Positions 1 through 10,897 of a stretch of DNA of 31,187 nucleotides are shown piece after piece (the stretch's first letter is position 1; each line of letters starts with the position of its first letter). The DNA is from an uncultured Pseudomonadota bacterium (GTDB lineage: Bacteria; SAR324; NAC60-12): positions 1 to 31,187 of the forward strand of contig CAJWCD010000023.1 of assembly GCA_913020725.1 (NCBI GenBank). The letters run 5' to 3'. The notes under the pieces were generated by a model. It saw nothing but the letters and a program-made list of their open reading frames with translations. It was not told where the DNA came from and did no database searches. Made by a program: the position numbers and the translations under genes.

Positions 1-184
1 CCCCAGAAATCGACTAATTTATCACCTCAGAGGACTTCTTGCGAGACCATCAGATATTGGTTCCTGACTTTGTACCTCGTGGACCAAAGCGCCTCGGAGC
101 GGCCTCACGGCTTTTCTGGGGCGTTTCCATTTCTAGTATTTATTCAGATCCGGATCTCTCTACAGCCTCAAGGATCCTGTCCAT

Positions 185-466
185 GCTGGAAATTTAGAGG
201 CAGGAAAAAAGAAAGCCCAGGCCGTGTGTGCGATGTGTCACGGATTGGACGGTCAAGCCACAACGGCTGGTAACTCAGCGATCACGCCAAACATAACTGC
301 ACAGCAAAAAGATTACATGATTGCAAAGCTGAGCGGCTACAAGTCCGGAAAAATTCAGCATCCACAGATGAGCATTATCGCTCAAATGCTGACTGACGAG
401 GAGATTGAAAACGTCGCCGAGTGGTATTCCAGGATAAAAATAACAATTTTATTGCCAGAGGGTTAA
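185..466 (+). CDS. Small monoheme class I cytochrome c (c553/c4-like); 5' end unresolved
   Basis: CAMCH heme motif at 227-241. The frame extends upstream of ORF-track start 224 as ...VHAGNLEAGKKKAQAVCAMCHG. Downstream are PNITAQQKDY and HPQM (candidate distal Met). An in-frame TAG at 134-136 leaves no obvious signal peptide or start. Confidence 0.8.
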   Translation, partial: AGNLEAGKKKAQAVCAMCHGLDGQATTAGNSAITPNITAQQKDYMIAKLSGYKSGKIQHPQMSIIAQMLTDEEIENVAEWYSRIKITILLPEG

Positions 467-879
467 AATTAAAAATCTGAAAAAATTCACCACAAACTGT
501 AACTGTATTTTCAAACAACAAAGCCTACAATTGTGACCTTTTTTACTGCTCTTTAAACTCCAATATCCTCACAAATTGGATAACAGTTAATTTTGTTTTT
601 ATCCAAACTAAGTCACTCTGACACCTCACTGGAATTTCGGACTACAGCATCTTTCTTGAGGAAGAGACACATAGGCTATTTGCTGTCCTCCGCCGCACTA
701 TAGATCACAAGATGGATGCCCTACCCCAGCATCAAGGTGATGCAGCGTTGGTAGAAATTCACGGGCGACATTATAGAGATCAATTTGGCCGGTTCGCCAG
801 TGGTTATTCCGTTGCAACCCATGTTTCAACTCGTGGATTCAAAGGTTTGGGAAGAACGGCTCCGCTGTTCCGGAGAGTC

Positions 880-1419
880 TCACTGCTTGGCATAGCGCTC
901 ATGGCGGAAGACAAAGTCTTTGCCGGGAGCGCCGATGTGGCAACCGATGCAGCCACCCACTCCGGGAGCCCCGACCCGCCCGGCCAGCGCAACGCCTTTG
1001 GGATTGGTCAGCACCTTGCCCTGCGGATTGTATTTCACATAGAACCAATCCCCATTTTTTGGGTCATAACCGGATTCTCGCTTGAACATGATGGTCACGG
1101 TCTTGAGGTATTTTGCGGGATTTTCCATCACCTGCTTCGGTTCCTGCTCGCCACCGTAATTGCGTTTGATGATCAGGATGTCCTTCCGAGTCCCCACCGA
1201 AAATTCACCTTCGATGGTGTCCAGCACAATCCCGTGGGGCGGAAAACCCTTGTACGGCTGTGAAACGAACGCATGCTCTCCCACCAGAGATGCTTTTGTC
1301 ATCGCCGGCCAAACCTTGCGGGCATACTCAACATCCTCCGGATTCCCGAACTTTCCGGCGTAGAGGGGCGCACTGCCAAGGGCCACGACGACACCGAGGG
1401 CAAACCATTTTTTCAACAT
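880..1419 (-). CDS. Cytochrome P460 / cytochrome c'-beta family protein, exported
   Basis: Signal peptide MLKKWFALGVVVALGSAPLYA. Family-type segment MFKRESGYDPKNGDWFYVKY. C-terminal CIGCH followed by DFVF. AGGAG RBS lies 5 nt before ATG 1419 (ORF track starts at GTG 1425). Confidence 0.75.
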   Translation of the reverse strand: MLKKWFALGVVVALGSAPLYAGKFGNPEDVEYARKVWPAMTKASLVGEHAFVSQPYKGFPPHGIVLDTIEGEFSVGTRKDILIIKRNYGGEQEPKQVMENPAKYLKTVTIMFKRESGYDPKNGDWFYVKYNPQGKVLTNPKGVALAGRVGAPGVGGCIGCHIGAPGKDFVFRHERYAKQ

Positions 1420-1525
1420 GATCACTCCTGATTGAGGTTACAGAAACAAGAATCCATTCGACGATGAATGGGGTCTCGCTCTTAGTCGGGCAACCTTCAA
1501 AATTCTTACAGGGCCGTGTCGTTTT

Positions 1526-2518
1526 TTAACCGGTTTGCGGGAGCGGGGTGCTGCGGGGCGCTGAGGGAGTGCCGGAGAGCGACAACACCGTTTCGAGGAA
1601 AGCCCGCACCAGTCGGGAGTTGCGGCGCTCCTTAAGGCAGGCGAGGTGGGCGGTGGTGTGGAGGTCGAGGTCGGCAAAACGCAGCACACGCAAATCCGGA
1701 TGCGGGGCCAATTCCTGCTCAACAACCACGCCGAGCCCCAGCCCCTTGAGCACGGCCATCCAGACCGCCTCGCGGCTACCGATTTCCCAGATCGTCCCGG
1801 GGGTGATCTTGGCCTGCTGCAAGGCTTGCTCAAAAGCTTGCCGCGTGGTAGATCCCGGTTCGCGCAACACCAGCGTTTGCCCGGACAACTCCTCTAACCC
1901 CACGGCTTCCCGCTGGGCCAGCGGGTGCGTTTTGAGCACGAACAGCACCAGCGGTTCCTTGGCGAAGGTCGTGGACCAGAGCCGGGAATCGTCCTTGATC
2001 TGCGAAAGCACCGCGACATCCACCCGGAAATCGAGCAAAGCTTTGAGCATCGCTTGGGAATTTCCGGTCTGGACGCTCAGTTCCAATCCCGGATAGCGGG
2101 CGTGTGTGGCGGCGAGCATTTCGGTGACGTGATAGGGACCCACGGCCCCGATCCGCAGGGAGCCTGTCCGGAAGTTTCCTGCGGCGTCCAGCAGTTCCTC
2201 CGCCTCGCGCTCCATGGTGTCAAGCCGCGTGGTGACGGCGTAAAGCTCCTGTCCTAGTGGAGTCAGTTCAACTCGACGTCCGCGTCGGAAAAACAGTTCG
2301 ATCCCGTAATACTCCTCCAGTGCCCGCACTTGGCTGGTGATGGTGGGCTGTCCCACCCGCAGCACACGAGATGCTGCGGTGAAGCCGCCTTCCTGTGCGA
2401 CCGCATGGAAGGAGCGGATTTGTGTAAAAGTGATTTGTCTGAGAATGAAACCTCTGCTGAAAAAGATGGAGTGGACCGCTACAAGCAATCCAAGGGAAGA
2501 GCAAATCCTAGAATGCAC
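1526..2518 (-). CDS. LysR-family transcriptional regulator, divergent from phnW; start uncertain
   Basis: HTH ITFTQIRSFHAVAQEGGFTAASRVLRVGQPTITSQVRALEEYYGIELFFR and substrate-binding domain motif LREPGSTTR. LysR-like sequence begins near 2446. Confidence 0.93.
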   Translation of the reverse strand: MHSRICSSLGLLVAVHSIFFSRGFILRQITFTQIRSFHAVAQEGGFTAASRVLRVGQPTITSQVRALEEYYGIELFFRRGRRVELTPLGQELYAVTTRLDTMEREAEELLDAAGNFRTGSLRIGAVGPYHVTEMLAATHARYPGLELSVQTGNSQAMLKALLDFRVDVAVLSQIKDDSRLWSTTFAKEPLVLFVLKTHPLAQREAVGLEELSGQTLVLREPGSTTRQAFEQALQQAKITPGTIWEIGSREAVWMAVLKGLGLGVVVEQELAPHPDLRVLRFADLDLHTTAHLACLKERRNSRLVRAFLETVLSLSGTPSAPRSTPLPQTG

Positions 2519-2525
2519 ACCGGGA

Positions 2526-2568
2526 TTGACAAGCGGAATCCCTCCGGGTCTATTGCTCTGAGGGATTC
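2526..2568. promoter_or_regulatory. Candidate lysR/phnW divergent control region with operator
   Basis: TTGACA at 2526-2531. Perfect 9-bp inverted repeat GAATCCCTC (2536-2544) / GAGGGATTC (2560-2568). T-N11-A at 2553/2565. TCTATTGCTCT (2549-2559) recurs upstream of phnX. Confidence 0.5.
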
Positions 2569-2675
2569 AAGGCATTCAGAAATCCGATTGGTGTGTGGTA
2601 GGATTTCGTTTTACAGTGAAACGGGCTGAAATCGCAGCGCTGTCATCTGATCCACATTTCCATGAAACACTGACT

Positions 2676-3833
2676 GTGACCGACTTGAAACACGCGGAAG
2701 CCAAGGCATCTGCCACCGGGAATCAGGAATTCCTGCTCACACCCGGCCCCCTGACCACTTCGCTGACGGTGAAGCAAGCCGTCCTTCGGGATTGGGGTAG
2801 CCGCGACCCGCAGTTCATCCGCCTCAACGCACGGGTGCGCGAACGCCTTGTCGAAATCGCTGGAGGCACAGGCGAGTTCACCTGCGTTCCAGTACAAGGT
2901 TCCGGAACCTTTGCGGTCGAAGCCGCTGTGGGCACGCTGCTGCCCCGAGACGGCAAACTGCTGGTACTTGTCAACGGCGCTTACGGTGAACGCATCGTCA
3001 AAATCGCCAAGTATCTCGGACGCGCCTCACTTGCACAACGCTGTCCAGAAGATCAAGTTCCAGACCTCGACCTGCTGGAGCAAACGCTGAAGGACGATGC
3101 TGCGATCACGCACGTTGTAGCGATCCACTGCGAAACCACCAGCGGCATCCTCAATCCGCTTGAGCAAATCGCCCGCATCGTTGCGAAGCAGAAACGTAGT
3201 CTGATCATTGACGCGATGAGCGCGTTTGGGGCGCTGCCACTCGATGTGCAAGCGCTGCCCTGTGATGCGGTGGTGGCGTCCTCCAACAAGTGTCTCGAAG
3301 GCATTCCGGGCATGGGGTACGCGATCATCCGTGCAACGGTGCTGGCAGACTGCGAGGGCAATTCGCACTCGCTTTCGCTCGACCTGTACGAGCAGTGGCG
3401 GGCGTTGGAGGGCAACGGGCAGTGGCGCTTCACCCCGCCGACGCATGTGCTGGCCGCCTTCGATCAAGCCCTCGCGGAGCATGAGGCTGAGGGCGGCGTC
3501 TCCGGACGCAGTGCCCGCTATTCCGAGAACTGCCGCGTCCTCGTGGAAGGCATGCGGAACTTGGGTTTCCAAAGCCTGCTGCCTGACAAACTGCAAGCGC
3601 CGATCATCGTCACCTTCCTGATTCCGGACGATCCGGCGTTTGTCTTCAGCGAATTTTACGACCGCCTCGCCACTCGAGGCTACCTCATCTATCCCGGAAA
3701 ACTCACGGTAGCCGACACCTTCCGGATTGGCTGCATTGGGCAAATGACCCCGGATGTACTGTCAGACACGCTTATTGTGATTGGCGAAACCCTTGCGACG
3801 ATGGGCGTGCGTAATTGCGCTCCTGCAAAGTAA
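2676..3833 (+). CDS. phnW: 2-aminoethylphosphonate--pyruvate transaminase
   Basis: LLTPGPLTTS, DWGSRD, GSGTFAVEA, HCETTSGILNP, DAMSAFG, PLP-lysine motif SSNKCLEGIPG, QWRFTPPTHV, IYPGKLT, FRIGCIG. Start is probably GTG 2676 (ORF open from 2595). Confidence 0.95.
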   Translation: MTDLKHAEAKASATGNQEFLLTPGPLTTSLTVKQAVLRDWGSRDPQFIRLNARVRERLVEIAGGTGEFTCVPVQGSGTFAVEAAVGTLLPRDGKLLVLVNGAYGERIVKIAKYLGRASLAQRCPEDQVPDLDLLEQTLKDDAAITHVVAIHCETTSGILNPLEQIARIVAKQKRSLIIDAMSAFGALPLDVQALPCDAVVASSNKCLEGIPGMGYAIIRATVLADCEGNSHSLSLDLYEQWRALEGNGQWRFTPPTHVLAAFDQALAEHEAEGGVSGRSARYSENCRVLVEGMRNLGFQSLLPDKLQAPIIVTFLIPDDPAFVFSEFYDRLATRGYLIYPGKLTVADTFRIGCIGQMTPDVLSDTLIVIGETLATMGVRNCAPAK

Positions 3834-5920
<2,087 letters not shown>

Positions 5921-5929
<9 letters not shown>

Positions 5930-5956
5930 ACGAGCGAACAGAACGGCTCGGCTAGG
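5921..5956. terminator. Stem-loop between convergent methyltransferase and phnX
   Basis: CCTAGC (5921-5926) pairs with GCTAGG (5951-5956), and CGAGC (5931-5935) pairs with GCTCG (5946-5950). No U-tract, so terminator function is uncertain. Confidence 0.35.
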
Positions 5957-6800
5957 GACGCTCCGCCCTAGAGAGACGTGTGTTGATGTCCTCGATGACT
6001 GCCGGCAGTTCGTCAAAGTCGTCAATCACATAGTGCGCCCCTGCCTTGCGCAAGATGTCACGAGTCAGTTCCAGTCTTCTCTGCATTTCTTCTGCGGATA
6101 ACGATTTCGCCTCATCCAGTGAATTGATGTCCATGTAGTTGCTGTAGCGGGCAATGCCCACCCCCCAACAACCGGCTTCCAGAGCCTCGCCGACGCCGGA
6201 GACGGTATCGTCCACCTTGACCACTGACTGGATGGGATGGACATTCATCAGGTCGAGGTTACGGTACACCATGAAGGGCTTGGGGCGAGCACCGTTGACC
6301 ACTTCGTCTCCGGCAACGGAGGCATCCGGAGTGTAGCCCTGTTGCTTGGCATCCGCTTCAAGAATGTCCACCATGCTGCGCACAAAACCCGTGGAACTGC
6401 CGATCTTGATGCCGTCCTGCTGGAATTTCTGAGTCACCTCTGCAACTCCGGGCAGCAGGGTGGTGTATTGACGCAGGCAATCAAGCTGCATCGGGACAAA
6501 ATCTGCGAACATCCGGTCCGCATCTCCCTGATCGGGATAGCTGCCGTGTACGGATTTCCAACGCTCCCGGATTTCTGGAACCTTGGTCAATTCCTTGATG
6601 TGCAGATCCTTGCGCAGCCCCATCGGTCCCCGCGCCTCAGTCATGCTGATTTCCACGCCTTGCTTCTCGAAGACGGCAACAAACACCACCGCAGGCGCGA
6701 TCACATACGCATCTGCTGTGGTTCCACTCCAGTCCAGCACCAGCCCCTTGACCTTACCACAGTAACTCCGGGTAAACTGATAATCCGCTTGCATGCTCAT
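5952..6800 (-). CDS. phnX: Phosphonoacetaldehyde hydrolase (phosphonatase, HAD family)
   Basis: HAD motif LDWSGTT, Schiff-base Lys region RGPMGLRKDLHI, IGSSTGF, RPKPFM, VKVDDTVSGVGEA, AGAHYVID. Confidence 0.95.
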   Translation of the reverse strand: MSMQADYQFTRSYCGKVKGLVLDWSGTTADAYVIAPAVVFVAVFEKQGVEISMTEARGPMGLRKDLHIKELTKVPEIRERWKSVHGSYPDQGDADRMFADFVPMQLDCLRQYTTLLPGVAEVTQKFQQDGIKIGSSTGFVRSMVDILEADAKQQGYTPDASVAGDEVVNGARPKPFMVYRNLDLMNVHPIQSVVKVDDTVSGVGEALEAGCWGVGIARYSNYMDINSLDEAKSLSAEEMQRRLELTRDILRKAGAHYVIDDFDELPAVIEDINTRLSRAERP

Positions 6801-6890
6801 AAGATTTCTCCTTCGAGATAAAGATTGACGAATTAAGGATTCACTCTAGCAAAAAGTTCGGGAGCAAAAAAATGGCAATATTGGATTGCT

Positions 6891-6910
6891 TCTATTGCTC
6901 TAAACGATAG
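6891..6910. promoter_or_regulatory. Candidate LysR-type operator upstream of phnX
   Basis: CTAT-N11-ATAG dyad (6892-6910), a T-N11-A box, about 90 bp upstream of the phnX start. Shares TCTATTGCTCT with the phnW upstream region. Confidence 0.5.
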
Positions 6911-7172
6911 CTAACCGCACTGGAACCACAGTGTATGGCCGTCCATTTCAGGAAATTTCTCCCTTAGGAATTATAGTAAAATCTATTAAAAATCGAACAC
7001 TATGACCTAGCCATCTAATAAATATTGTTGAATATCAATGAATTGGCTGTTTGTGTCCCAGTCAAAATGTGCCTAGAACCAGTAGCTTTGACTATAAATG
7101 GTAAGCTGTTTTCGCTAAGTCGTCTAAGAAGACTCGGAACACTTGTCTTCCATGCCGAACGGGTTTCTGGCT

Positions 7173-7480
7173 TATTGGTTCCGGCGCCGATTGCGGATTT
7201 CTTGAGGCCACCGAAGGGCTGGCGTTGCACGATGGCTCCGGTGGTGGTGCGATTGATGTAGAGGTTTCCGGCCTCAATGCGCTCTGTCCAGTGCGTCTGC
7301 TCTCGCGTGTCCAAACTCTGCAACCTGGAAGTGAGGCCGAAGCCGGTTGAGTTGACAATGCCGATGGCGTCGTCAAGGTTTTTGCCTTCATCACCGAGAG
7401 GATCGGCCTAAAGAACTCAGTCTGATGCGAGCGGCTTCCCGGACGGGTTCCCCACTTCACCGCCGGAGTCACCTTCGCCA
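7173..7480 (-). pseudogene. putA: Fragment of proline utilisation A (P5C dehydrogenase C-terminal part)
   Basis: Reads TPAVKWGTRPGSRSHQTEFFRPILSVMKAK, shifts frame at the T5 run 7379-7383, then LDDAIGIVNSTGFGLTSRLQSLDTREQTHWTERIEAGNLYINRTTTGAIVQRQPFGGLKKSAIGAG. The rest of the gene is absent. Confidence 0.8.
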
Positions 7481-7764
7481 CCGCCTCGCGCTGCCAGCGT
7501 TCCGCGAGTTTGATGCTGGCGTTCCGGAGTTGCTCAAGCCCTTGTTGGTCGGTGGGCGCAATCATGACTTTCTCCGTGCGAAGTTCAGGAAATACGGGAT
7601 TCCTCCCGACAAAGTTTAGAGAGGAAAGGGAGGCGAAATCAAACCCGTTGAGAGAGCTTGGGAAAGTGGAGATGGTGGCGGTCGCATCAATTTCCAGCAG
7701 CATTTCTTGGGGCGTATGATATAAGTGGTACCAGCCTAAAAAAACTGCAACCACGAAAAGCAAG

Positions 7765-9429
7765 ATGAACACGGAGCCAAGGATCGAACTTCAGACCCAT
7801 CCTGAGAAGTACCGACACTGGTCGCTGGACATTGAAGGGCGGGTCGCCTACCTGCGCATGAACGTGGACGAGACGCAGGGCTTGCGTCCGGGCTACACGC
7901 TCAAGCTCAACTCCTACGATCTTGGCGTGGACATCGAACTGCACGATGCCGTGCAACGGCTACGCTTCGAGCATCCGGAGGTGGGCGCGGTGGTGTTAAC
8001 CTCTGGGAAGGAACGCGTCTTCTGCTCTGGTGCGAACATCCAGATGCTCGGAAAGTCCACGCACTCGCACAAGGTCAACTTCTGCAAGTTCACGAACGAA
8101 ACCCGCAACTCCATCGAGGAAGCCTCTGCCGAATCAGGACAACGCTACCTCTGCGCGGTGAACGGAACAGCGGCGGGCGGCGGTTACGAACTCGCCTTGG
8201 CAACGGACTACATCATGCTCGTGGACGACAACACCAGCACGGTTTCACTCCCGGAAGTGCCACTGCTGGCGGTGTTGCCCGGAACCGGAGGCCTGACTCG
8301 TGTGGTGGACAAACGCCGGGTGCGCCGCGACCACGCCGATGTTTTTTGCACGGTCGCTGAGGGCATCAAGGGCAAGCGGGCGGTGCAGTGGAAACTGGTG
8401 GACGAACTGGTGCCGCGCTCGCGCTTTGACGAGGTGATCCGGGAACGGGCCGAGGAATTTGCCACACAGTCGCCCCGTCCTGCCGAGGCGCAAGGCCTCA
8501 CGCTCACGCCACTGGAACGCAACTTCGAGGGCAACACGATCCGCTATCCCCACCTCACTGTCGAACTCGACCGCCAACGGCGTATGGCAACCTTCACAGT
8601 GCAGGGACCGACGGAACCACTGCCGGAAACACTGGAAGAAATTACCGCTGCCGGAGTGGAATTCTGGCCGTTGGCGATGACACGGGAATTGGATGACGCA
8701 ATCCTGCACCTCACCTTCAACGAAACCGATCTTGGTCTCTGGGCATTCCGGACGGCTGGCTCGGTGGCACTCGTTGCCAAGGCCGACCGCATCCTGTTGA
8801 AAAACCGGCAGCACTGGCTTATCAACGAAATCCTGCTCTTCCTGCGCCGCACCCTCAAACGGATCGACCTTGCGTCCCGGAGCCTACTGGCTTTCATCGA
8901 ACCCGGAAGCTGCTTCGCGGGTAGCCTGCTGGAACTCGTGCTGGCAGCAGATCGCAGCTACATGCTCGACGGCAGCTTCGAAAGTCAGGATTTACCGCCC
9001 GCGACTCTGCAAGCCACCGCAATGAACTTTGGCCCACTGCCCATGTGCAACGGCCTCTCCCGGCTGGAGACACGTTTCCTCGGCGATGCCGACGCACTGG
9101 ATCACGTCCGGGAGCGGCAGGGCGATGCCCTTGCAGCCGGTGAAGCCGATGAGCTTGGACTGGTGACTTTTATTCCGGATGACCTCGACTGGGAGGATGA
9201 GGTGCGTATTGCCGTGGAAGAGCGTACCAGCTTTTCGCCGGACGCGCTCACCGGCATGGAAGCATCCCTGCGCTTTCCGGGTCCGGAGACGCTGGAAACG
9301 AAAATCTTTGGCCGCCTGAGTGCGTGGCAGAACTGGATTTTCCAGCGTCCGAACGCGGTGGGCGAGGAAGGGGCGTTGCAGCTTTACGGCACGGGACGTC
9401 GCGCCAAGTACAATCCCCAGCGTGTTTGA
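7765..9429 (+). CDS. boxC: 2,3-epoxybenzoyl-CoA dihydrolase (benzoyl-CoA-dihydrodiol lyase), crotonase fold
   Basis: LKLNSYDLGVDIELHDAVQRLRFEHPEV, KVNFCKFTNETRN, AGGGYELALA, LPEVPLLAVLPGTGG, ETKIFGRLSAWQNWIFQRPNA. Confidence 0.95.
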   Translation: MNTEPRIELQTHPEKYRHWSLDIEGRVAYLRMNVDETQGLRPGYTLKLNSYDLGVDIELHDAVQRLRFEHPEVGAVVLTSGKERVFCSGANIQMLGKSTHSHKVNFCKFTNETRNSIEEASAESGQRYLCAVNGTAAGGGYELALATDYIMLVDDNTSTVSLPEVPLLAVLPGTGGLTRVVDKRRVRRDHADVFCTVAEGIKGKRAVQWKLVDELVPRSRFDEVIRERAEEFATQSPRPAEAQGLTLTPLERNFEGNTIRYPHLTVELDRQRRMATFTVQGPTEPLPETLEEITAAGVEFWPLAMTRELDDAILHLTFNETDLGLWAFRTAGSVALVAKADRILLKNRQHWLINEILLFLRRTLKRIDLASRSLLAFIEPGSCFAGSLLELVLAADRSYMLDGSFESQDLPPATLQATAMNFGPLPMCNGLSRLETRFLGDADALDHVRERQGDALAAGEADELGLVTFIPDDLDWEDEVRIAVEERTSFSPDALTGMEASLRFPGPETLETKIFGRLSAWQNWIFQRPNAVGEEGALQLYGTGRRAKYNPQRV

Positions 9430-9455
9430 ATGCATCCCCAACCCCGGAGGTTTCT

Positions 9456-10871
9456 ATGCAGATTGATTACAGCGAACGCATTCCCAACAACGTCAACCTC
9501 AGCGGCGACCGCCGACTCCAACGGGCGCTGGAACGTTGGCAACCCAACTACCTGAAATGGTGGGGCGCTTTGGGTCCGGAGAACAGCAGCGATCACTCGG
9601 TTTACCTGCGCACGGCGACCAGTGTGGACAAGGAAGGCTGGGCGCACTACGACTTTGTGAAAATGCCCGATTATCGTTGGGGGCTATTTCTCACACCGGT
9701 GGACGGGGAGCGCAGTATCAATTTCGGGATGCATATGGGCAAACCCGCGTGGCAGGAGGTTCCGGGGGAATATCGCACTGAACTGCGCCGGCTCATCGTC
9801 ACACAAGGAGACACCGAACCCGCTTCAGTCGAGCAGCAGCGTTTGCTGGGCCGCACCTGCCCCTCGCTCTACGATCTCCGCAACCTCTTTCAGGTCAACG
9901 TCGAGGAAGGGCGGCACCTCTGGGCGATGGTCTATCTGCTCCACGCTCACTTCGGACGCGATGGGCGCGAGGAAGCCGAGGAGATGCTAGAGCGGCACTC
10001 CGGAGACGCCGACAAGCCACGCATTCTCAACGCCTTCAACGAGCCGACTCCGGAGTGGCTCTCTTTCTTCATGTTCACGCACTTCACCGACCGCGACGGC
10101 AAATTCCAACTTGCCTCCCTCGCCGAGTCCGGATTTGATCCACTCGCCCGCACCTGTCGCTTCATGCTCACCGAGGAGGCGCATCACATGGTTGTTGGCT
10201 CCTCCGGAGTCGAGCGCGTGGTGCAGCGCACCTGCGATCTCATGCGCGAACACGACACGAACGACCTGCGTCTGCACGGAGGCATCAGCTTGGACCTCCT
10301 GCAAAAATACCTCAACTTCCACTACAGCATCTCCTCCGATCTCTTCGGACAGGAGATTTCAACCAACGCTGCGAACTACTACACGATGGGCCTCAAGGGG
10401 CGCTTCAAGGAAACAGCGATCAATGACGATCATTTGCTGGAAAACGACGCCTATCCGGTGTTCCGGCTGCGAGAGGATCGGATTGTGGAGGAAGAAGCCT
10501 CGGCACTGACGTCAATCAATGAACGACTGCGGGACGATTACATTGAGGATTGCAGCCTTGGTCTGCGCCGCTGGAATCAGGTGATTCGGGAGGCCGGAAT
10601 AAACTTTGAACTCAAGCTGCCACACCGCGCCTTCAATCGGAAAGTGGGGCAGTTTGCGGGCTTGCCGGTGACTCCGGCAGGGAAGGTCATTGCTGCGGAC
10701 GACTGGCAGGAAGGCCAGTCCGCATGGCTACCGACTGCCGAGGATCGCGTCTATGTCGAATCGCTCATGCAGCCCGTCAACGAACCCGGCAAGGTAGCGA
10801 ATTGGCTCGCCCCACCGCTCAAACGCATCAACCGCCAGCCCTTCGAGTTCGAGTACGTTCGTTTCAACTGA
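9456..10871 (+). CDS. boxB: Benzoyl-CoA 2,3-epoxidase, diiron subunit
   Basis: IPNNVNL, QGDTEPASVEQQ, diiron motifs VNVEEGRHLWAM and MLTEEAHHM, C-terminal FEYVRFN. GGAGG RBS at 9446-9450 precedes ATG 9456. Confidence 0.95.
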   Translation: MQIDYSERIPNNVNLSGDRRLQRALERWQPNYLKWWGALGPENSSDHSVYLRTATSVDKEGWAHYDFVKMPDYRWGLFLTPVDGERSINFGMHMGKPAWQEVPGEYRTELRRLIVTQGDTEPASVEQQRLLGRTCPSLYDLRNLFQVNVEEGRHLWAMVYLLHAHFGRDGREEAEEMLERHSGDADKPRILNAFNEPTPEWLSFFMFTHFTDRDGKFQLASLAESGFDPLARTCRFMLTEEAHHMVVGSSGVERVVQRTCDLMREHDTNDLRLHGGISLDLLQKYLNFHYSISSDLFGQEISTNAANYYTMGLKGRFKETAINDDHLLENDAYPVFRLREDRIVEEEASALTSINERLRDDYIEDCSLGLRRWNQVIREAGINFELKLPHRAFNRKVGQFAGLPVTPAGKVIAADDWQEGQSAWLPTAEDRVYVESLMQPVNEPGKVANWLAPPLKRINRQPFEFEYVRFN

Positions 10872-10897
10872 GAAATCAGGAGGGCCGGGGAACCGCT

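Noticed and set aside
712..1263. 183-aa plus-strand ORF and the many other long antisense or alternate-frame ORFs (e.g. 17837-18697, 29251-30327, 14963-15712)
   Set aside because: They are shadows of well-supported genes in GC-rich DNA and show no recognisable motifs.
6950..7110. AT-rich stretch as a possible att site or IS end
   Set aside because: No partner repeat, tRNA, integrase or transposase was found in the window.
7092..7772. 226-aa minus-strand ORF with a hydrophobic N-terminus
   Set aside because: It looks like a chance read-through of the boxC upstream region into one frame of the putA remnant, not a coherent protein.
9324..9455. ORF-track N-terminal extension of boxB (similarly 18950-19060 for sauS and 30166-30231 for the aminotransferase)
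   Set aside because: Family-like sequence begins at downstream ATGs, with a clear RBS for boxB. The boxB and aminotransferase extensions overlap neighbouring genes.
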